In this document: in pieces, positions 54,994 through 60,176 of the stretch
How positions within the stretch are numbered: the stretch's first letter is position 1
How the letters are laid out: each line of letters opens with the position of its first letter
IMG/VR virus record: IMGVR_UViG_3300030451_001785
Span: 1 to 60,176 of that record
DNA: 60,176 nucleotides
Strand: one strand, 5' to 3'
DNA from: a virus
Taxonomy: Duplodnaviria > Caudoviricetes
Notes under the pieces: model-generated
What the model saw: only the letters and a program-made list of their open reading frames with translations
What the model was told of the DNA's origin: nothing
Databases searched by the model: none
Position numbers and translations under genes: made by a program

Positions 54994-55715
54994 GTGTAGA
55001 TATAATTAACAAACTAAAAGATGATGCTCATTACTATGGCGAGTTTGGTTCACAATACTTATCTAACAGTGACATCAGTAAACTTCTTGGTAATCCAAAA
55101 GAATTTGGACAACCTCAAGAAGACAATGTAAACTTTCATAAAGGAAGATACTTCCATCAACTTATTCTTGAACCTGAGAAAGCCAAAGCTACCCCGACTA
55201 TCGAGGTAAGTTCTAGGAACACGAAGGCATACAGAGAACAAGCAACAAATGGAATCATTATGCTAGAAAAAGAGGCAGAGGAAATAAGGGAATGTGTAAA
55301 AGCAATGACCCAAAACTTTGCTTTCTTTGATGGCATAAGAGCAGAAGGTTGTGAGTATGAAGTACCTGCCATTGCAATGATACACGGTTTGCAGTGGAAG
55401 GGAAAGGCAGATATCGTCTGTCCTGACAAACTCATTGACCTGAAAACTACAAGTTCAATTTCTGATTTTAAATGGTCGGCACGAAAATATAATTACGATA
55501 GTCAATGTTATATCTATCAAAAGTTATTTGGTAAGCCGTTAGTATTCTATGTTGTAGACAAGACAACTAAGCAACTAGGAATCTTTAGACCATCAGAAGA
55601 TTTCATTGAACGAGGCGAACAAAAAGTAATCAAAGCCATTGAGGTTTATAAAAATTTCTTTGGCGATAATCCTAAATATGATATCAATGAATACTATATT
55701 GAAGAAACTCTTTAA
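54990..55715 (+). CDS. RecE/ExoVIII-like PD-(D/E)xK exonuclease (DUF3799-like)
   Basis: LSNS, G..FH...LEP, KGKAD, IDLKTT, YDSQ..IY; coupled to the annealing protein. Confidence 0.85.
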   Translation: MSVDIINKLKDDAHYYGEFGSQYLSNSDISKLLGNPKEFGQPQEDNVNFHKGRYFHQLILEPEKAKATPTIEVSSRNTKAYREQATNGIIMLEKEAEEIRECVKAMTQNFAFFDGIRAEGCEYEVPAIAMIHGLQWKGKADIVCPDKLIDLKTTSSISDFKWSARKYNYDSQCYIYQKLFGKPLVFYVVDKTTKQLGIFRPSEDFIERGEQKVIKAIEVYKNFFGDNPKYDINEYYIEETL

Positions 55716-55841
55716 CTATGATAGTAACAGGCGAGTGTTTTGGTATGAAGTTCCAATGTACTGTAGCAGTCGCAGAGAAAAGGATTTCCTTATCTCAGAT
55801 TTAATTAATCAATTGGAACAGAAAATTAAAATCAAATAATT

Positions 55842-56114
55842 ATGGCAGAAGAAAAAATCTTCGCAGATGGTTTCTCGTTTAAGAGAAACGACAACGCACC
55901 TGAATTTGTGGTGGGTAAGCAGTCCATTAAAGTGGATGAAGCTATTGCATTCCTAAAAGCGAATGCAAAGAATGGTTGGGTAAACCTAGATATTAAACAA
56001 GCAAAAGGAGGAAACTACTATTGCGAATTGGATACTTGGGAAGCTAAACCAAAGGCAGCACCGGCAGCAGCAGTTGCTGCAGATACTGCAAGTGGGGAAG
56101 ACCTACCATTCTAA
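55842..56114 (+). CDS. Putative single-stranded DNA-binding protein
   Basis: Small beta-rich domain, Ala linker and an acidic EDLPF C-terminal tip. Confidence 0.7.
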   Translation: MAEEKIFADGFSFKRNDNAPEFVVGKQSIKVDEAIAFLKANAKNGWVNLDIKQAKGGNYYCELDTWEAKPKAAPAAAVAADTASGEDLPF

Positions 56115-56115
56115 A

Positions 56116-56131
56116 GTGTCTTTAAAGACAC
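56116..56131. repeat. 16-bp palindrome copy, intergenic
   Basis: GTGTCTTTAAAGACAC one base after the SSB stop. Confidence 0.95.
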
Positions 56132-56147
56132 AGAGTGTTTTCATAAT

Positions 56148-56180
56148 GAGAGAGGGGGATTTAGTTCCCTCTCTTTTTTT
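56148..56180 (+). terminator. Intrinsic terminator
   Basis: GAGAGGGGG-ATTTAG-TTCCCTCTC followed by T7. Confidence 0.75.
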
Positions 56181-56187
56181 ATCTAGT

Positions 56188-56342
56188 AATGTTAATTGTC
56201 AGAAAAAATATACCACTATATCTTTTTATATATTATTATTTTTTACTTTCTTTACACATCACAAAGAAAAAATCAACATAATCAACATTACCACTGATAA
56301 TCAATGAGTTAGAAAATTAAAATCAACATAAAATCAACATAT
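56188..56342. other. Origin-like non-coding element B
   Basis: Very AT-rich, four AATCAACAT repeats, directly upstream of the primase-helicase gene. Confidence 0.5.
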
Positions 56343-56344
56343 AA

Positions 56345-58753
56345 ATGACATCGAAAGTAACAATCTTCAAGAATATCAAAGAAACAGAGACACCTTTTGT
56401 AAGGGATATCACAGAGATACTAGACCGTATCAAGGATGGTGCAACAAAGAATTTAGTCAAGACAATTAGAGTCACCAAGGACAAGGCAGAACGAAATGAA
56501 TTAAAGAAAAGACTACCTGCCATTTGTTTTTCAGGAGTCTTCACCAAGCGAAATGATAATGCTTTGAAAGAACATTCAGGTATTGTTTGCTTAGACTTTG
56601 ATGGATACGAAAAGAAAAAGCTATTGTTAGAACACAAGGAGAATCTTTGCAAAGACCCTTATGTATATTCTGTTTTCATATCTCCGTCAGGCAACGGACT
56701 TAAAGTATTAGTCAAGATACCACCCATTGTAGAGAATCATATCAACTATTTCAATTCACTTCAAAACTATTTTGAATCTCCATACTTCGACAAGATGTGT
56801 AAGAATGTGAGTCGAGTTTGTTATGAATCATACGACCCACTTCTATATCTAAATACCAATAGTAATGTTTGGGATACTATAGCAGAGCCACAATACGAAC
56901 AGAAAGAAAAAGATATTGACCCTCCTACTATTCCCATCAGCGATGAGAATAAAATTGTAGAGATACTAATTAAATGGTGGGAGAAAAAATATCCAATGGT
57001 TGAAGGTCAACGAAACCAACACTGCTTTGTTCTTGCTATGGCATTCAATGATTATGGAATAAATAAATCATTAGCAGGTTATGTACTGAATCGTTATGCA
57101 ACAGATGACTTTACTCAAACAGAAATTAGCAGGACAATAGACAGTGCATACAGTAACAGTTCAAACTTTGGTACAAAGTATTATGAAGATGAAGAGAAGC
57201 TTAATCAAATAAAAGATAAGTTTCGTAGAGGTGTATCAAAAAAAGAAATAAGAAACCAACTGAGTGAGACAGGAATGGATAGCGATGCTATTGAATCTGT
57301 CGTGAGTACCATTGAAAAAGAACAGGCAAAGAAAACCTTTTGGGAAAAGAATGAGAAAGGAACAATAAAGATTGTACACTTCTCTTTCAAAAAGTTTTTA
57401 GAGGACAATGGCTTTTATAAATATTGTCCTGAAGGTGGTAAGAACTATGTGTTTGTAAAGGTTACTAATAATCTTATTGACCATACCTCAGAAAAAGAAA
57501 TTAAAGATTTTATTCTAAACTATTTACTTACGCAAGATGATATAACTGTATACAATTATTTTGCAGACCAAGTAAGATTTTTTAGAGAAGAGTTTCTTAC
57601 TTTACTTAGCACGATTGATATTTATTTTATTGCCGATACAAGAGACAGTGCATATCTATACTATCAAAACTGTGCAGTAAGAATTACAAAAGGTTTAATA
57701 GAACCTATTGATTACTTAGACTTAGGTGGATATGTTTGGAAAGACCATATCATACCAAGAAAGTTTAAGATATGTGACGACCATATTTGTGACTACTCTT
57801 TGTTTATTAAAAACATTTGTGGTGGAGAAGCAGACAGGGTAAAGACTATGGAAAGCACCATAGGATTTATGATGCACGGATATAAAAACTTATCATACTG
57901 CCCGGCAGTAATATTAAATGATGAGGTTATATCAGATAACCCCGAAGGTGGAACAGGTAAAGGAATATTTATGAATGCTTTATCTCAAATGAAAAAGTTA
58001 GTTACTATTGATGGTAAAGCTTTTGCTTTTGAGAAATCATTTCCTTATCAATTAGTATCTGCAGATACACAGATACTTTGTTTTGATGATGTAAAAAAAC
58101 ACTTTGACTTTGAAAGATTGTTTAGTGTAGTGACAGAAGGATTGACCCTTGAGAAAAAGAATCGTGATGCAATTAAGATTCCATTTTCTAAGTCACCTAA
58201 GATTGCTATTACAACTAACTATGCTATCAAAGGAACAGGTAATTCTTTTGAAAGAAGAAAGTGGGAAATAGAATTACACCAACACTACAACAGAAACTTT
58301 ACACCACTTGATGAGTTTGAAAAACATTTCTTTGCAGATTGGAATGAAGATGAGTGGTGTTTGTTTGACAACTATATGACTTCTTGTCTTCAAGATTACT
58401 TAACTACAGGACTTGTTAAGAGTAAGTTTATTAATCTAAAGATTAGACAACTATCTGCTCAAACTTCACACGACTTTATTGAATGGTGTGGATTGATTGC
58501 AGGTCATCAAAAGAATGATAAGCTTAGGTTTGAAGAGAGATTAATAATGCAGGACCTCTACTTTGATTTCATTGGCGAGTATCCTGACTATGCACCAAAG
58601 GCAAAGATGACTATAAGTAGAACTAGATTTTATAGATGGCTTATTGCTTATGGAAACTTTATGTGCAATGATGTAGATGAAGGAAGAGATTCAAACGGTA
58701 GATGGTTTACTATGAAGAAACCAAAACCTACACAAACTTCAATGGACTTATGA
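56345..58753 (+). CDS. Primase-helicase (VirE-N/BT4734-like primase, PriCT-like region, SF3-like P-loop)
   Basis: KKRLPAICFSG, CLDFD, FISPSGNGLK, GQRN, GGTGKG Walker A, CFDD Walker B, ITTN motif C. Confidence 0.85.
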   Translation: MTSKVTIFKNIKETETPFVRDITEILDRIKDGATKNLVKTIRVTKDKAERNELKKRLPAICFSGVFTKRNDNALKEHSGIVCLDFDGYEKKKLLLEHKENLCKDPYVYSVFISPSGNGLKVLVKIPPIVENHINYFNSLQNYFESPYFDKMCKNVSRVCYESYDPLLYLNTNSNVWDTIAEPQYEQKEKDIDPPTIPISDENKIVEILIKWWEKKYPMVEGQRNQHCFVLAMAFNDYGINKSLAGYVLNRYATDDFTQTEISRTIDSAYSNSSNFGTKYYEDEEKLNQIKDKFRRGVSKKEIRNQLSETGMDSDAIESVVSTIEKEQAKKTFWEKNEKGTIKIVHFSFKKFLEDNGFYKYCPEGGKNYVFVKVTNNLIDHTSEKEIKDFILNYLLTQDDITVYNYFADQVRFFREEFLTLLSTIDIYFIADTRDSAYLYYQNCAVRITKGLIEPIDYLDLGGYVWKDHIIPRKFKICDDHICDYSLFIKNICGGEADRVKTMESTIGFMMHGYKNLSYCPAVILNDEVISDNPEGGTGKGIFMNALSQMKKLVTIDGKAFAFEKSFPYQLVSADTQILCFDDVKKHFDFERLFSVVTEGLTLEKKNRDAIKIPFSKSPKIAITTNYAIKGTGNSFERRKWEIELHQHYNRNFTPLDEFEKHFFADWNEDEWCLFDNYMTSCLQDYLTTGLVKSKFINLKIRQLSAQTSHDFIEWCGLIAGHQKNDKLRFEERLIMQDLYFDFIGEYPDYAPKAKMTISRTRFYRWLIAYGNFMCNDVDEGRDSNGRWFTMKKPKPTQTSMDL

Positions 58754-58986
58754 GAGAAAAGGATGTAGAGATAGCTTTCAATAATTCATACAAAGTAATT
58801 ATACTTGGTTATGATTGGGAAGATATTATGGAAGGAGACTTCCCATACTTTGCTCACAATCCTGCACGAAGAGTGCCTAAAGTAAAAGATGTTAGACAAC
58901 TATATGAATACTATACAGAAACAAGAGACTTTAAAAAATGCATAGCGATAAGGAATTACATCAAGGAAAGACGGATTATGTTATAG
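58750..58986 (+). CDS. Hypothetical protein
   Basis: ATGA-coupled to the primase stop (MREKDV). Confidence 0.6.
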   Translation: MREKDVEIAFNNSYKVIILGYDWEDIMEGDFPYFAHNPARRVPKVKDVRQLYEYYTETRDFKKCIAIRNYIKERRIML

Positions 58987-60176
58987 AAAGAACGGCAGGG
59001 TACACAGACAAAATGATGTACGAACAGTGTAAACTTTTCTATGATATAATTTTTAGAACTGAAAAGGTAAAGGTTGGAAGAGGCAAGAACGCAAAGTTTG
59101 TAGACCAAAGAGTATACGGTGCAGAAGAAGAAGTAGAACGCAGAGCAATTGAGAGTCTTGAATATTATAAAAAGAAAATGGAGAACCCTAGTAAAATAAA
59201 ATACAGAGAATACCAAAAGAAAATTATAGTACAGGGTGCAGAAAGTATTTTGAAAAATGATTTTCTATACCTTACAATGGAGGTGCGAACCGGTAAAACT
59301 TTAACGAGTTTAGGTATCGCAAGACTGCTGAACCGTAAGAAAGTTTTATTCATCACAAAGAAAAAAGCTATTAGCAGCATAGAAGCTGATTACGAAATGC
59401 TCAATCCTGATTATGATTTAGTAGTAATAAACTACGAATCATTACATAAAATATCAGACAGAGACTTTGACTTTATAATATTGGATGAAGCACACAGTAT
59501 GGGTGCATTTCCAAAACCAAGTAAGAGAGCCAAGCAAGTAAAAGATTTATTGAGAACCTGCGATGCTCAAGTAATTTTGTTATCAGGAACACCAACACCT
59601 GAATCATACAGTCAGATGTATCATCAAGTGTATGGAATAAAAAACAATCCGTTCAAAGAATATATTAACTTCTACAAGTTTGCTAAAAAATATGTGAAAG
59701 TAAAACAACAAAAGATAAATGGTTTGTATATAAATAATTATCACGATGGACTTCAGTCTATCATAGATGATATGAAACCACATATAATATCTTACTCACA
59801 AAAAGAAGCAGGGTTTAAAGTAGACACAAGGGAGCACACGCTTGAGGTTGAAATGAAACCTATCACCTATCAACTCACCAAGAAACTTCAAAAGGATTTA
59901 GTGGTTGAGGGTAAAGAAGAAATAATTTTGGGTGACACTCCTGTAAAACTTATGATGAAGCTTCATCAATTATACTCAGGTACAATAAAGTTTGAGTCAG
60001 GAAACTCTACAGTTATTGACCACAGTAAAGCACAGTACATCTACGATAATTTTTGTACACAAAAAATTGGAATCTTTTATAAGTTCAAAGAAGAACTCAA
60101 AGCACTTAAAGAAATATATGGAGACCAATTATGTACAGACCTTAGTGTCTTTGAAGACACTGATAAAAGTATAGCA
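58938..60176 (+). CDS. SNF2-like superfamily 2 helicase, N-terminal part (missing from the ORF track; ends at 390 across the join)
   Basis: Hand translation gives YREYQ, MEVRTGKT, INYESLHK, ILDEAH and LLSGTP; same frame as 1..390; about 495 aa in total. Confidence 0.85.
   Translation, partial: MHSDKELHQGKTDYVIERTAGYTDKMMYEQCKLFYDIIFRTEKVKVGRGKNAKFVDQRVYGAEEEVERRAIESLEYYKKKMENPSKIKYREYQKKIIVQGAESILKNDFLYLTMEVRTGKTLTSLGIARLLNRKKVLFITKKKAISSIEADYEMLNPDYDLVVINYESLHKISDRDFDFIILDEAHSMGAFPKPSKRAKQVKDLLRTCDAQVILLSGTPTPESYSQMYHQVYGIKNNPFKEYINFYKFAKKYVKVKQQKINGLYINNYHDGLQSIIDDMKPHIISYSQKEAGFKVDTREHTLEVEMKPITYQLTKKLQKDLVVEGKEEIILGDTPVKLMMKLHQLYSGTIKFESGNSTVIDHSKAQYIYDNFCTQKIGIFYKFKEELKALKEIYGDQLCTDLSVFEDTDKSIA
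60036..60176. repeat. Terminal overlap with 1..141
   Basis: 139/141 identical to the window start. Confidence 0.95.

Noticed and set aside
46995-56131. Palindrome copies as a CRISPR array
   Set aside because: Copies are 0.6-1.5 kb or more apart with whole genes between them, only 16 bp long, and there are no cas genes.
60036-60176. 141-bp repeat as a biological direct terminal repeat
   Set aside because: It falls mid-helicase and its length fits an assembler k-mer overlap; better explained as circular assembly.
1-60176. Stop-codon reassignment, diversity-generating retroelement or prophage integration module
   Set aside because: Long genes are intact under the standard code, there is no suppressor tRNA, and no reverse transcriptase, integrase or flanking host genes were recognised.

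Overview
The window is an apparently complete, circularly assembled ~60.0 kb tailed-phage genome: positions 1-141 repeat 60036-60176, and an SNF2-type helicase gene runs across the join. TAnnTTTG promoters and AT-rich, Shine-Dalgarno-less translation starts point to a Bacteroidetes (probably Flavobacteria) host. The minus arm (about 2.5-46.7 kb) carries groEL/groES, small basic proteins, lysis genes, fibres, terminase, portal, scaffold, major capsid, podovirus-type tail proteins and three candidate ejection proteins (one of 2952 aa). The plus arm (47.2 kb through the join to 2.5 kb) carries early and replication genes: amidoligase, GATase-GGCT fusion, Sak-like annealing protein, exonuclease, SSB, primase-helicase, SNF2 helicase and two DnaA-domain-IV-like proteins. 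I recognise no DNA polymerase, RNA polymerase or integrase. The strongest non-routine signals are: (1) 14 copies of a 16-bp palindrome GTGTCTT(CA/TG/TA)AAGACAC, in intergenic hairpins and inside genes in all three frames, biased to the sense strand and densest in the early region; (2) a type III hammerhead ribozyme with a variant core directly behind one of these hairpins; (3) a tRNA-Ile with a UAU anticodon; (4) a duplicated origin-like element. All protein assignments come from motif recognition by eye, not database searches.
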